Notes: generated from the sequence alone by a model not told the origin. Counted from the stretch's first letter, positions 35,069 to 46,196 are shown. The stretch is DNA of 64,000 nt from Blastocatellia bacterium (GCA_021463145.1 JAJTWZ010000003.1:35319-99318), one strand, 5' to 3'. Program-made: numbers and translations.

Positions 35069-37555
35069 CCTCCGGGCGTGGCCCATTAGTTGAGCAGTCG
35101 CACGCCCTTTGCCGATTTAAGAACTGGCGACTTGCGGCGCCTTAATTTACGTGGAACCTGAGATCTGCGTCGCTTGCTGCGCCTCTCTGAGAAGTTACTT
35201 CCAGTGAGCGAAGGCATCTAGCTCTCTTCTATTGATTTTCCCGGCGTCGCTGGCGATGGAGAGAAGGGAAAGGGCGCTCAAACCGGTGTATGCCAGGAAG
35301 GTTCCTACCTGAGATCAAGACTGGAGGACGCGTGACCCCGGTCGGGGTTGAGCCGCACGACCGGATCCGCTCTCGGTGAATGCCCGCATTTCGATTCCGG
35401 TGGCCATTGCGCCTCATCCTGGATGCTTCTCGAGGTGCAATGCAGATCAGCCGCCAGCTACAGCTGGATCAGGCACCTGGATCGAAACTGTTCAGTTGCT
35501 GGTGCGCAACCTGCCTTCATCGGACGCGACTCGGCTGGCAAAGGCCATTGCGTGTCCAGCCGTTTCGTGCGCAACATCGAGTGATACTTGATTTCCTGAC
35601 CAACAACTAATCGCAAACAAAAGCGAACTGGCAGTTAATGCGTGATCGTGAGGCCGGCCTTCATCGACCGAGAGCCACCTGATGACGCGATACAGGGGGT
35701 TCGGCCGGGCAGGGACGGCCCATTTTCGTGCATTACCGCAATAGTCACTATGGCCTGCATTTTGGAAAGCCCGCGGATTGGCGACCCGCCGTCTCGGGCG
35801 ATGTTGGGAGGCAAATGCCGGCGTCGGTGCGTGCGACCAGGGCGGAACGTCTCGGTCAGTTCGGCGACTTTCAGGATCTCTGACGTTCGGCGAGATTCTA
35901 GCGATGCACTCGCACGAGTGCGTGAGCTCAAGAGCCTGGCCGGAAGTCAACTCCGGCGATCGGAAAGGCCTGTTCTCGCGAAAAACCGGAAACGCCTGCG
36001 TTGCGAAGTCGATTACGGTACGAGGCGCGAAGACTGGCGCGAGGAGCCTGCCGGGCCACCAGCGGCCAGTCCTTGTAGCCGTTTCCCCGAATGCAGCCGT
36101 GGTGACTGGGAATGACGGCACCCGCAAAGGATCGAGCGGAGAGATCGATCGCTGGTTGCTATTCAGGTGCAGGCAGCAGACAGGCTGCTCTTGTGCTGAG
36201 CGGAGTGCGCCTCAGTGCCGTGCACTGAAGGAACAAGGTGATACTCGAGTTTGGGATGTGAGATTCTGAGGGGCTCGATGTTGAACTTCTCCAGAGAGAC
36301 AAGGGCGGACTGAGATGCAGACTGGACCGCCTTGCGGTCGGAATCTGCTGGAAGTGGGTCGCAGTTAACCGAATTGTCTCGCTCGGACCACCCGGCTCCG
36401 CTTCGACAGGTGGCTCGAGCAGGAGAGCAAGAGACTCGAATTCGAGATCTGCGGGCAAAACGGTTAAGTGACCGATCGAGAACCGGACCAACTCTGATGG
36501 CTCAGCAGGCGAGGTTTACGCCCCGATTTACCGCGTGCCGTCGCTTTGTCTGGACGCGGGCGCAGATTCGAGCGCCGCAGCGCTCAGCAAGTTGGGATGA
36601 CTCGCGGCCACGCGTGCACAGCGACCGCGATTCCGATGCCTCTAATCGGCGCGAGGCCCGAACTGGGAGATCCCTCAAACGCGCCCGGAGCTTCCAGTTG
36701 CGGACTTTGCCGCCACGGGAATCTCCCAGCCCGAGTGCGCCTCGATCCCAACGGGGACCGACGGAAATGAAACTATCGCCCCGGCGCGCGACTCAACGCA
36801 GCGCACGACTCGGGAATCACGAATGAGCTCGAGCAGTGAAGTTCAACGAGAGATAGGTGTGCACACGGCCTACAGGTTGGCCGCATATCGGATGACCAAG
36901 CGCCCCCCTTCGCTTCAGAATCAATGTCGGCGCGCCGACAGCGCCGTGGCTGAGTCCCGGCGAACGCCACTGGGATTGTCAGCTTGCGTCAATCGTTTCT
37001 ACTCGGGTGCTTCGACATGTGGCAGTCGGGAGTGTGGCGGGAGAGGGAACTCGGACCGGAACGACAGGGGGTTGATCGCCGTGTGCCTGAGTAAGGAGTC
37101 GTATTTCAATCCGGCACGTGCACGGCAATGATCGTGTGTGGCAATGTGTCCTGACACTAGGCCGATGCTCTCTCTCAATGTCCCCAAAGTGCACCCCGAC
37201 CCCGCTGAGAGGGGGTGCTCAACTGCACCGAAGACCATCAGCAATCCGTCGCAGTTGACTCGCCGTCAACCTGGGACGGGCTCGTCAGGTTCAGATTGCG
37301 GATTGGGATCCAAAAACGGCAATGATGGCCGACATGTTGAGGCGCTTCGGTTCGCGTGGCACTAGAGGATCAGAGGCGAGCTGAAATGCTATGACGCCGC
37401 TTGAGTGTGCGTATAGTAAACTGCTGCCGTGGAACGCGAAAACGTATAGAGCTCTGGCGGAACTTTAAGTCGGATCAAGCCGGTTCCGCGTATCGGAAAT
37501 CGAACTCTGGTCTCCCTAAGAGGCGGTCGAGCGCTTAAACTCCCCGGCAATTCAG

Positions 37556-38329
37556 TCAGAGTGTACGCGTCTGACCGCCATCGACATCGACTATCGAGCC
37601 GTTGCAGTAGCCGGCGGCCTCCGAAGCCAGGAATGCAACGACGCGCGCTACCTCATCAGGCTCTCCAAAGCGTGAAACGCGCAGGGCGCCGGCTATTGCC
37701 TCCGCCGCCTTGTGCTCGTCGATGCGGCGCTCGTTCGCCGTGCTCGAGACGCGCGCCTTCAGCCTCTCGGTGGCAATCGAACTCGGATTCACGGCGTTCA
37801 CGCGCACGCCGTCGCGAACGCCGCGATCGGCGAGAGCCTTCGTAAGATTGAGCAAGGCAGCGTTTACGGATCCGCCGATGGTGAAATCGGCACTTCCAGT
37901 TCGGCCACCGATTCCCACAACGTTCACGATCGAACCGCGAGTCGCCATCAGATGTGGCCAGGCGGCACGACTGCAACGTACCGCACCCCTGAATTTCAGC
38001 GAGAACCCCAGATCCCACTCCTCGTCCGTCAGTTCAAGAAAGTCCCCTCGCCTGGTGTCTCCGGCATTGTTTACGAGGATGTCGAGTCGCCCGAAGTGGC
38101 GAATTGCCGATTCAACTGCTCGCTCAGGCTCGCCCGGTTCTCGTAGATCCATCGAAATCCGGAGGTTCGGCGATTGGAGCACCTCGCCAAGCGCCTCGAG
38201 TGCGTCGGCCGATCGCGCAACTAGAACAACCAGTGCGCCTTCGCCGGAAAACGTTTCAACAATCGCACGACCTATTCCGCGACTGGCGCCGGTGACTAAA
38301 GCAACTTTTCCGGAAAGGTGTAGATCCAC
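37556..38329 (-). CDS. SDR family oxidoreductase
   Basis: GKVALVTGASRGIG, LDILVNNAG, GVRVNAVNP, FGEPDEVA, VDGG; canonical YxxxK is replaced (GGSVN). Confidence 0.93.
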   Translation of the reverse strand: MDLHLSGKVALVTGASRGIGRAIVETFSGEGALVVLVARSADALEALGEVLQSPNLRISMDLREPGEPERAVESAIRHFGRLDILVNNAGDTRRGDFLELTDEEWDLGFSLKFRGAVRCSRAAWPHLMATRGSIVNVVGIGGRTGSADFTIGGSVNAALLNLTKALADRGVRDGVRVNAVNPSSIATERLKARVSSTANERRIDEHKAAEAIAGALRVSRFGEPDEVARVVAFLASEAAGYCNGSIVDVDGGQTRTL

Positions 38330-38446
38330 GGGTCCGCCAACAGGGCCGACTCCGGTGGGCTTTGTCGGCGCGCCGACACCTCGAAGAGGAGTCGTGGAAA
38401 ATCGCAGGAGTAGGGAAGAACGGGGGGCCGCCTGGGCACCGGATTG

Positions 38447-38475
38447 GAAGGAGGCCGTCGGAAACGGCCCCCTTC
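38447..38475 (-). terminator. Hairpin immediately after ssb
   Basis: GAAGG-A-GGCCGT / ACGGCC-C-CCTTC stem 16 nt past the ssb stop. Confidence 0.55.
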
Positions 38476-38491
38476 GTCGACAAACTCCGGA

Positions 38492-38941
38492 CTAGAACGG
38501 AATGTCGTCGTCGCCGATCGTGTCATTCGCGGGCGGAGGGTTCTCACGCGAAGGCGCTTGCGATGCGCCCCGATTTCCACCAGATGCGCCTGCGGCCATC
38601 TCGTCACCGCGCGATCCGATGAACTGCATGTCGGTGCCGTTGACTTCGAGGCTCGTACGCTTGTTGCCTTCTCGGTCCGTGTATTCACGTTGGCTCAGCC
38701 GGCCTTCGATGTAGACCTGACGACCCTTCGTCAGGTATTGGTTCGCAAGCTCTGCCTGCTTACCCCAGAGCGAAACGCGAAACCAGGTAGTGATCTCGTC
38801 AGTGTCTCCACCGTCGCGGCGTCCTTTGCGTTCCGACGTAGCTATCGAGAAATCGCAAACAGCCGTCCCTGACGGGGTGTAACGCAATTCGGGATCGCGC
38901 CCGAGATGACCGACGATCGTGATCTTGTTGAATGAAGCCAT
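38492..38941 (-). CDS. ssb: Single-stranded DNA-binding protein
   Basis: NKITIVGHLGRDPELRYT, YLTKGRQVYIEGRL, C-terminal DDDIPF; GGAGG RBS. Confidence 0.98.
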   Translation of the reverse strand: MASFNKITIVGHLGRDPELRYTPSGTAVCDFSIATSERKGRRDGGDTDEITTWFRVSLWGKQAELANQYLTKGRQVYIEGRLSQREYTDREGNKRTSLEVNGTDMQFIGSRGDEMAAGASGGNRGASQAPSRENPPPANDTIGDDDIPF

Positions 38942-39046
38942 ATCTTCCTCCGCTGCTATCGTGGCGCCTCTCGGCCGTCAATCTAACAGAGCCTCGCACG
39001 GCCTGTCCAACGCGCGCCTGTGTTAGACTGCGCGCTCCATGCCCGT

Positions 39047-40750
39047 ATGCTCAAACTGATTCGGATCAGGAACTTCGCTGTCGTGACCGAAGCTTCGATC
39101 GAGCTCGGTCCGGGGCTGAATCTGCTTACCGGCGAGACCGGGTCGGGCAAGTCGATCTTCGTCGACGCGCTATCGTTGCTGCTCGGGGCGCGGGCCTCCG
39201 CGGATGTGATCCGATCTGGTGCCGATGTGGCTACCGTACAGGGAATTTTCGATGTCGAAGGCAACGCCGCGGCGCTGGAGTTGCTCGTGTCCGCAGGGAT
39301 CGAGACTCCCGACGGGGAACTGATCCTGCGACGCGAGATCAACGACAAGGGAAGAAGCCGCGCCTTTGCAAACGACATCGTCGTGACGACTACGCTGCTT
39401 CGCGAGCTTCGGCCGAGCCTCGTCGATATTCACGGGCAAGGGGATCAGCAATCACTTCTCGATCCGTCATCTCACATAGAACTCCTTGACGAGTTTGCGG
39501 AACTCTCCGACGTTCGCTCGGACGTCGAAGCCGCCTACCGAAAGTGGAATCAGGCGCGCCTAGAGCGAGACGAACTGGCGCGGTCAGCTTCCGGCCGATT
39601 GCAGCGCGCCGACGTTCTCGAGTTCCAGATCTCGGAGATCGAGCGCGCGGCGCTCCGGACCGGCGAGGATGAGGAACTCGAGCGCGAGAAGCAGATTCTG
39701 GTGAATGCCGAACGCATCACCGAGGCCGCGTCGGAGGCCTACGACGGACTCTTCGACGCCGAAGGCTCGGTGCTGGAGCTTCTCTCGCAAGTGGATCGCC
39801 GGCTGGATAGTCTCTGCCGCTACGACGACCGGGTGCTGCCGCACCTCGAACAGCTTCGAAATGCGAAGTATACGCTCGACGACCTCGCGCACTACTTGAG
39901 GGATTATTTGCAGGCGATCGATTTCTCGGCGGATCGGCTGCGGGTGGTCGACGAGCGTCTCGCCGAGATCGACCGGCTCCGGCGCAAGTATGGCGGCACC
40001 GTCGCCGCTGTGATGGCGAAGCTCGAGGATTTCGAGAACGAGCGTCGCCAGATTGATGACTCGACTGCGCGGGCCGAGGCAAATGCGCAAGTAATTGCCG
40101 ATAGTTGTGCTGCGTTTCTTAAGGCGGCCCGGCAGCTTTCCGGGCTGCGGATCAAGGCCGCCGATCGCCTCTCGAGGGCGGTTCTCGGGGAACTCTCCGA
40201 ACTGGCTATGGAGGATTCCAGGTTTGAGGTCGCCATCGCGACGGCCGGCGAGGTCGAGGAAGACGGGTTCAGGTCGAGCGGAATCGACCGGGTCGAGTTC
40301 CTTGTCGCGACGAATCCCGGGGACGAACCGCGAGCGCTCGCGCGCATCGCCTCCGGTGGTGAGACCTCCAGGCTGATGCTTTCGCTGAAGACCGTTTCCG
40401 CGCCGCCGGAGATTCCTCGGACACTCGTTTTCGACGAGATCGACGTCGGCATCGGCGGGCGTGTCGCCGAGGCGATAGGAGTTCGTCTGGCTCGATTGAG
40501 CCGCGTCAACCAGGTGCTCTGCGTGACGCATCAGGCTCAGATCGCGAGGTTCGCCGATGTCCACGTCCGGGCGCGAAAGGACACGATGGATGATCGAGCG
40601 GTAACGGTGATCGAGCGACTCGATGTCAGGGGCCAGGTAGAAGAACTCGCGCGAATGATCGGCGGGACGGTCGAGACGGCGCGGCGCCACGCTAAGGAAC
40701 TGTTGAAGGCGCGCGAACTCCCGGATCCCACATTGAACAATCGGAAGTGA
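39047..40750 (+). CDS. recN: DNA repair protein RecN
   Basis: LTGETGSGKS, VDIHGQ, NPG...LARIASGGETSRLML, VFDEIDVGIGG, QVLCVTHQAQIA. Confidence 0.97.
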   Translation: MLKLIRIRNFAVVTEASIELGPGLNLLTGETGSGKSIFVDALSLLLGARASADVIRSGADVATVQGIFDVEGNAAALELLVSAGIETPDGELILRREINDKGRSRAFANDIVVTTTLLRELRPSLVDIHGQGDQQSLLDPSSHIELLDEFAELSDVRSDVEAAYRKWNQARLERDELARSASGRLQRADVLEFQISEIERAALRTGEDEELEREKQILVNAERITEAASEAYDGLFDAEGSVLELLSQVDRRLDSLCRYDDRVLPHLEQLRNAKYTLDDLAHYLRDYLQAIDFSADRLRVVDERLAEIDRLRRKYGGTVAAVMAKLEDFENERRQIDDSTARAEANAQVIADSCAAFLKAARQLSGLRIKAADRLSRAVLGELSELAMEDSRFEVAIATAGEVEEDGFRSSGIDRVEFLVATNPGDEPRALARIASGGETSRLMLSLKTVSAPPEIPRTLVFDEIDVGIGGRVAEAIGVRLARLSRVNQVLCVTHQAQIARFADVHVRARKDTMDDRAVTVIERLDVRGQVEELARMIGGTVETARRHAKELLKARELPDPTLNNRK

Positions 40751-41075
40751 GGGAGAAAAATCGAGCCGCGACCGCTCCCGCCCCCGATCGTGGATTCGGG
40801 GTTCTCGCTTTTGAAAAGGGATAATGCGTCGCTGTGGATGTTCCACGAATGAGGATCGTGACAACGGTGCTGCGGCCGGCAGGCGCGGCGCCGGCCAGAT
40901 GTTCAGGCCGATGCTACGGATACGCGGCCGCCGTGCTCCATCAGCCTGAAATCGATTGGCTTCAAAGGCTTAGTTCCAATGTCGGCGCGCCGACACGCCC
41001 GGTGGTGCTCGCGTTGCTGGCGCCTTTGCGCGCATCGTGGTAGACTGCGGCGCGTTTCCGGGCGACCACCACTGA

Positions 41076-41104
41076 TTGTGACGGTGCCACGTGGAACATA
41101 CACT
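41076..41104 (+). promoter_or_regulatory. Sigma70-type promoter whose spacer holds a parS-like palindrome
   Basis: TTGTGA-N17-TACACT; spacer contains GGTGCCACGTGGAACA (41083-98), 14/16 to TGTTCCACGTGGAACA. Confidence 0.6.
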
Positions 41105-41136
41105 ATCTCGTAGGTAGCTCCCGTTCGATCACGATC

Positions 41137-42612
41137 GTGCCCGTTCTCAAGCTTCCCGTCCTTGCGGGGCCATCGAGCTCCGATTCGGTCGCATTCGACG
41201 ATGCGCCCGTCGCCCGGATTTCGCGCGAATCGTGCGATCCGCGATCCAAGAGGCGAGTCTTCATCGAGACGCACGGCTGTCAGATGAACGTTCACGATTC
41301 CGAGAAAGCGTTGTCGCTTCTTGGACCGCTTGGATATTCGGAGACGGATGATCCGGCGCGAGCGGATCTGATTCTGCTTAATACTTGCAGTGTTCGCGAG
41401 AAGGCGGCCGAGAAGGTTTTCCACCGTGTCCGCGCGCTGACAGGGCAAGCCGGAGGCCGTGATCAGGTCGTGGGGGTGCTGGGCTGCGTTGCACAGTCCG
41501 AAGCGGAGCAGATTTTCGAGCGCGCTCCGGGCGTTCGCCTCGTTATCGGCCCGCAGGCAATTGACGGAATCGGAGAACTGCTCGGACAACTGGATCGTGG
41601 TTTCGAGCGCGCGCTCGATCTCAGGCAGGACAACCGCCCCGATTTCATCGACGTCGACGCCAGCGCCCGCAGGAAGGGCAGCGTCGCATTCGTCACTATC
41701 ATCGAGGGCTGCAACAAGAACTGCTCTTACTGCATCGTGCCTTTCACCCGCGGGCGCGAGCGTAGTCGTTCGATGGATTCTGTCGTAGACGAGGTTCGAG
41801 CATTAGGCGAATCGGGCTACAAGGAGATTCATCTCCTTGGTCAGAATGTAAACTCCTACGCGGCGTGGGTAGAAAGGCGCTCGGGGCGTAAGTTTGAGGA
41901 GAACGCCTTCCCGGAACTCTTAAGTCGAGTTGCGCGCGAGTCGGGGGTCAAGCGGATCAAGTACACCACTTCACACCCGCGCGACTTCTCGGAAGAGATC
42001 GTCAGGGTGATGGACGATAACCAGGAACTCTGTGACTGGATCCACCTGCCGGTTCAGTCCGGGTCGAATCGTACGTTGAAGCGAATGTACCGTGGATACA
42101 CCAGGGAGCGATACCTTGGACTGGTCGACTCGATCCGGAAGGCCGGGCGCGACTACACGCTCACGTCAGACATCATCGTTGGGTTTCCCGGCGAGACCGA
42201 CTATGACTTCGAAGAGACTCTCGATCTCGTTCGAACGGTCGAGTTCGACTCCCTTTACACTTTCAATTATTCGCCACGTCCCCATACACCAGCTGCCGAC
42301 TGGGGTGACGACGTCTTGCCCGAAGTTAAACGGGAACGATTCGACAGGCTTCTCGCATTGCAGTCGGAGATTCAGAATGCTCGCGCCCGAAGGACTTTAG
42401 GGTCGATTCATGAGGTCCTGGTCGATGGGAAATCGGCTCGTAACGAAAGCGACCTGACAGGGCATTCGACCTCTAACGCCGTTGTGAATTTCCCTGCGGT
42501 TCCTGGAATCGGTCCCGGAGACGTTGTTCCCGTCCAGATTACTGAAATTAAGGCGCATAGTCTGTTTGGAAAGCTCGCGCAAAACACGAACTTAGACGCC
42601 TTATCTGATTGA
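41137..42612 (+). CDS. miaB: tRNA-2-methylthio-N6-dimethylallyladenosine synthase MiaB
   Basis: ETHGCQMNVHDSE, NTCSVREKA, radical SAM CNKNCSYC, LLGQNVNSY, DIIVGFPGET, TRAM domain. Confidence 0.97.
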   Translation: MPVLKLPVLAGPSSSDSVAFDDAPVARISRESCDPRSKRRVFIETHGCQMNVHDSEKALSLLGPLGYSETDDPARADLILLNTCSVREKAAEKVFHRVRALTGQAGGRDQVVGVLGCVAQSEAEQIFERAPGVRLVIGPQAIDGIGELLGQLDRGFERALDLRQDNRPDFIDVDASARRKGSVAFVTIIEGCNKNCSYCIVPFTRGRERSRSMDSVVDEVRALGESGYKEIHLLGQNVNSYAAWVERRSGRKFEENAFPELLSRVARESGVKRIKYTTSHPRDFSEEIVRVMDDNQELCDWIHLPVQSGSNRTLKRMYRGYTRERYLGLVDSIRKAGRDYTLTSDIIVGFPGETDYDFEETLDLVRTVEFDSLYTFNYSPRPHTPAADWGDDVLPEVKRERFDRLLALQSEIQNARARRTLGSIHEVLVDGKSARNESDLTGHSTSNAVVNFPAVPGIGPGDVVPVQITEIKAHSLFGKLAQNTNLDALSD

Positions 42613-42629
42613 CGAAGAAGGAGTTGGTA

Positions 42630-43184
42630 ATGGTCGAAGTGGAGATGAAGATCCGAGGTCTGATGATGGATCCGACGGCGAACACTCCCATTGTTATCCT
42701 CAAGGACGTCATCAGCGACCGCATGCTCCCGATCTGGGTCGGTCCGTACGAAGCTAACGCGATCGCGCTCGAGATCGAAAAGAGCGCTCCCCAGAGACCA
42801 ATGACGCACGACCTTCTGCGGAACCTGATCTCGCAGGTGGGCGCCAGGGTGGACCGAATAGTCGTGACCGACCTGATTGAAAACACGTTCTTCGCGGTGA
42901 TCGAGATGACGGTGGACGGAAAGCGGATGATGCTGGATTCGAGGCCTTCTGATGCCATAGCGCTGGCGTTACGAGTCGACTGTCCGATATTCGTCAACGA
43001 GGACGTCATCAACTCGTCACGGAACACTATTGCGGCTGCTGGAGTCGGCGACGAGGACGACCTCGACGCAGACCTCGACGACGATGACGACGTCGACGAC
43101 GATCCGTTCGGGGACGATGACGACGACGAACCGGATTGGCCGGACGACTTCGATGACGACGTTAGCAGCGATTACAAGATGTGA
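42630..43184 (+). CDS. Bifunctional nuclease family protein (DUF151) with Asp-rich tail
   Basis: PIVILKD..RMLPIWVG.EANAIAL, RPMTHDLL, DSRPSDAIALALR; AAGGAG RBS. Confidence 0.93.
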   Translation: MVEVEMKIRGLMMDPTANTPIVILKDVISDRMLPIWVGPYEANAIALEIEKSAPQRPMTHDLLRNLISQVGARVDRIVVTDLIENTFFAVIEMTVDGKRMMLDSRPSDAIALALRVDCPIFVNEDVINSSRNTIAAAGVGDEDDLDADLDDDDDVDDDPFGDDDDDEPDWPDDFDDDVSSDYKM

Positions 43185-43202
43185 GGAGGAGGTTCGACTT
43201 CC

Positions 43203-43964
43203 GTGACGCCAGTAATTGCCGTAGCAAATCAGAAGGGCGGTGTCGGCAAGACCACCACGGCGATCAACGTCGCCGCGGGGCTCTCGCTCCTCGGAAAGCG
43301 CGTCCTGCTCGTCGACCTCGATCCACAGGCCAATTCGTCGATATCGTTCATCGACGCGAGTTCGATTGGACTGTCGATCTACGACTTGCTGACGGATTCC
43401 TCGATCACCGTGAGCGAGTGCACGCTGGCTACATCGGTAGATGGGCTCTTCGTGCTTCCGTCGCGGATCTCGCTCGCCAAAGTCGAAGCCAAGCTGATCG
43501 GGGAATTCGACGCGCCATTTCGGCTGAAGGACCGGATCGATCCCGTGCGGCACAACTACGACTTCGTTATCGTCGACACGCCGCCGACACTCGGGTTGAT
43601 AACCGTCAATGCCCTTGTGGCGTCGTCTCACCTCATAATTCCGATCCAGTCCAGTTATTTTGCACTCGAAGGCACTGAAGACCTGCTTGAAACTGTCGAA
43701 AAGGTCAAGCAGCGCCCAAACCCTAATCTGCAGGTGCTTGGCGTTGTCATCACGCTTCACGACAAGCGAACAACACTTGCCCGTGACATCTACAGGCAGA
43801 TCTGCGGCGTTTTCGGCGACAAGGTATTCGATACGGTCATTTCGAAATCGGTACGGCTCGAAGAGAGTCCAGCCTACAAGGAACCCATCTTCACCTTTGC
43901 GCCAACTTCGACTGGCGCCAACGAGTACGCCAAGCTCTGCCAGGAGGTAATTGCACGTGTCTAA
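43203..43964 (+). CDS. parA: ParA/Soj family ATPase
   Basis: [46 protein letters not shown]. Confidence 0.95.
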   Translation: MTPVIAVANQKGGVGKTTTAINVAAGLSLLGKRVLLVDLDPQANSSISFIDASSIGLSIYDLLTDSSITVSECTLATSVDGLFVLPSRISLAKVEAKLIGEFDAPFRLKDRIDPVRHNYDFVIVDTPPTLGLITVNALVASSHLIIPIQSSYFALEGTEDLLETVEKVKQRPNPNLQVLGVVITLHDKRTTLARDIYRQICGVFGDKVFDTVISKSVRLEESPAYKEPIFTFAPTSTGANEYAKLCQEVIARV

Positions 43965-44802
43965 GCGAGGTCTTCCGACGGATTTCAAGCTCCGCCACGA
44001 CCAGCATTATGTCGAGCAACTCGCAACGCGCTCGGTCGGCGCTCCTATCGGTCGTCTGGTGCCGATAGACAGGCTGGAGCCCAACCCGGGTCAGCCGCGC
44101 GTCGAGATTGGCGACCTCACGGAGCTCATCGCTTCGATCAAGTCAGTTGGCGTTCTCGAGCCTTTGCTCGTGCGGCCGGCCGAGATCGGCGGACGGTTCA
44201 TGATCATATCCGGGGAACGTCGCTACAGAGCGAGTCTCGCAGCGGGTCTGCAGGAACTTCCCTGCATCGAGATGCACGTCGACGACCGTACTGTCGCTGA
44301 GATTGCCCTGATCGAGAACCTGCAGCGCAAGGACTTGACACCTTTCGAGGAGTCCGAGGGACTCGAGGCACTGGCCACTCGATACGGCTACACGCACGAG
44401 ATGATCGCTCAGCGAATCGGCAAGTCGAGGTCGACTATCACGGAAGCTCTTTCGATCGCCACGCTGCCTGCGGACGTCAAGGACATGTGTCGGCGCGCCG
44501 ACATCTCCTCGAAGTCGCTTCTCCTCCAGGTCGTTCGATTGAAGGATCACGATCAGCAAGTTGCGTTCGTGGAGCGAATCCGAAAACAGGGAATGACGCG
44601 AGACGAAGCCCGCGCCGCCCGAAAGCCGGAGGCCTCGTCGCGGCCTCGACCTTATGAGTTCCGTTATCAGCCGACTTCCAGGGAGTTCTCGATTCAGTTG
44701 CGCTTCAGGCGCGCGGAAGTTTCCGACGGCGAACTGGCAGATGCACTTCGCTCGGCACTCCGAGAGGTCGAAGAGCGGTTGAACGGGAATGTGAAGGGCT
44801 AA
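43957..44802 (+). CDS. parB: ParB/Spo0J family protein
   Basis: [55 protein letters not shown] 43957 with CAGGAGG RBS. Confidence 0.93.
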   Translation: MSKRGLPTDFKLRHDQHYVEQLATRSVGAPIGRLVPIDRLEPNPGQPRVEIGDLTELIASIKSVGVLEPLLVRPAEIGGRFMIISGERRYRASLAAGLQELPCIEMHVDDRTVAEIALIENLQRKDLTPFEESEGLEALATRYGYTHEMIAQRIGKSRSTITEALSIATLPADVKDMCRRADISSKSLLLQVVRLKDHDQQVAFVERIRKQGMTRDEARAARKPEASSRPRPYEFRYQPTSREFSIQLRFRRAEVSDGELADALRSALREVEERLNGNVKG

Positions 44803-44987
44803 TGCGGGTTTAGTGAAAGCCAAACAGGGCATATACTGTCGATTGCCTCGAAGCGGCCTTCACTGGACAGGCATAAGACGCTGATTAATATGATGATTTT
44901 CGCGCTGGTTCGGTAGGGAACCGATCGGAAAGTGCTGAAATTCTATCCGCGGCCAACTCTGTCTGGCATCGCAAACTCCCACGAACG

Positions 44988-46196
44988 ATGAAATTCCACC
45001 TGACACTGCGCCTGACCGAAATAGGGGCGAGGCTTCCGGGGCCTGGTCCCCGGAGAACCGGCACATTGTCTGCCGCGATCCTCCTCGTTGTGATCTCATT
45101 GGGTTGTACAGGTGCGTTGCCAATGGTGAGCGCCAAGGGTGCGGAGCAGAAGTCGAAGGGAAAGAAGGCCGATCCCGGCAATCAGAAGAAGCGTGGTCCG
45201 AAGCCGCCAGCGGCAAAGAGTTCGCCGGTCACCGGGCGTTCCTACGACGACATCATGGCCGAGAGCGGACCGATTCGCCGGCGCGCCTGGACTCCAAGGC
45301 CGGTCGTCGCCATTCTGGGCGACCGTCTGGTTGCGATCGTGGGGGGGCGCGCTCACTCGAGCGTGGATGGTGGCCACAACTGGAAGGCAGGCGGACTTGT
45401 CGGGGCGGCTGGCGACGAAGCCGTTGCCGCCGGAAGTTGCGACGGAGTTGTCTGGACTTCAGTCCTCCGGTCTGGATTGGTAGTTGAGTCGCGCGACGAC
45501 GGTATGACCTGGGCCAAGCGTGCGGAACTCGGGCCAATGTCTGAAATCCCCGGACCGCTCGCCGTCGAGGCAGCTGGAGTGGGACCGGCGGGAGCGTGGG
45601 CTATCGTACGGGGCTACAGTGAGCCGTTGCCGTCTTCGGCTCTTCTGGTTTGCGACGAAGGAGGCTGGCGACTCGGAACTGCGATCCCGGGAGCGGCGGT
45701 TGCCGCTTGGCGATCGGATCGGCATTTTGCGGCTATAGTGGGGTCAACAGTGATTCTGGGCGGGGCGAATGGCGAAGACCAGACGCGCGGCGCAACGCTT
45801 TCGGGAGCAAGTCTCAACGACATTGCCTTCGTCAACCCTTCGACTGCGTGGATCGCGGCGGATGGCGGCCTTGTAATCGAGTCCAACGATGGGGGGAGGA
45901 CCTGGCTCCCGCGTCCAGTGCTTGCCGGGCAGGACCTCGACGCCATTGGGTCCGTCGACGGCCGGGTGAACTGGGTCCTCGGCCGAACCGGCGGACGCGG
46001 CAACCTCGCCGTCAACCGCGCTGGCCGCCCGGAGTGGAAAGTCTCGCTTCAGGCGGTCGCGCCGTTATCCAGACCCATTCATAGCGGCGGCGCGGGCTTC
46101 GTGGTGCTCGACGGAGGCGGTGCTGTCTGGACTGCACGTGATCTGGGTGGCCCCTGGACTCGACGGGGCGGACTTCCAGCGACTCTGCGATCTTGA
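44988..46196 (+). CDS. Secreted BNR/Asp-box (YCF48-like) beta-propeller protein
   Basis: Hydrophobic signal, Lys-rich linker; Asp-boxes SVDGGHNW, SRDDGMTW, SNDGGRTW. Start uncertain. Confidence 0.72.
   Translation: MKFHLTLRLTEIGARLPGPGPRRTGTLSAAILLVVISLGCTGALPMVSAKGAEQKSKGKKADPGNQKKRGPKPPAAKSSPVTGRSYDDIMAESGPIRRRAWTPRPVVAILGDRLVAIVGGRAHSSVDGGHNWKAGGLVGAAGDEAVAAGSCDGVVWTSVLRSGLVVESRDDGMTWAKRAELGPMSEIPGPLAVEAAGVGPAGAWAIVRGYSEPLPSSALLVCDEGGWRLGTAIPGAAVAAWRSDRHFAAIVGSTVILGGANGEDQTRGATLSGASLNDIAFVNPSTAWIAADGGLVIESNDGGRTWLPRPVLAGQDLDAIGSVDGRVNWVLGRTGGRGNLAVNRAGRPEWKVSLQAVAPLSRPIHSGGAGFVVLDGGGAVWTARDLGGPWTRRGGLPATLRS

Noticed and set aside
35079..35093. TGGCCCATTAGTTGA, near sigma54 box at the start of the ORF-less gap
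   Set aside because: -12 element is GA rather than GC and no activator-site motif was found upstream.
35143..35158. parS-like half site ACGTGGAAC
   Set aside because: Only one half matches.
43181..43192. parA RBS (TGAGGAG) is complementary to the sRNA loop CUCCUCA
   Set aside because: A 7-nt match to a generic SD is not evidence of specific targeting.
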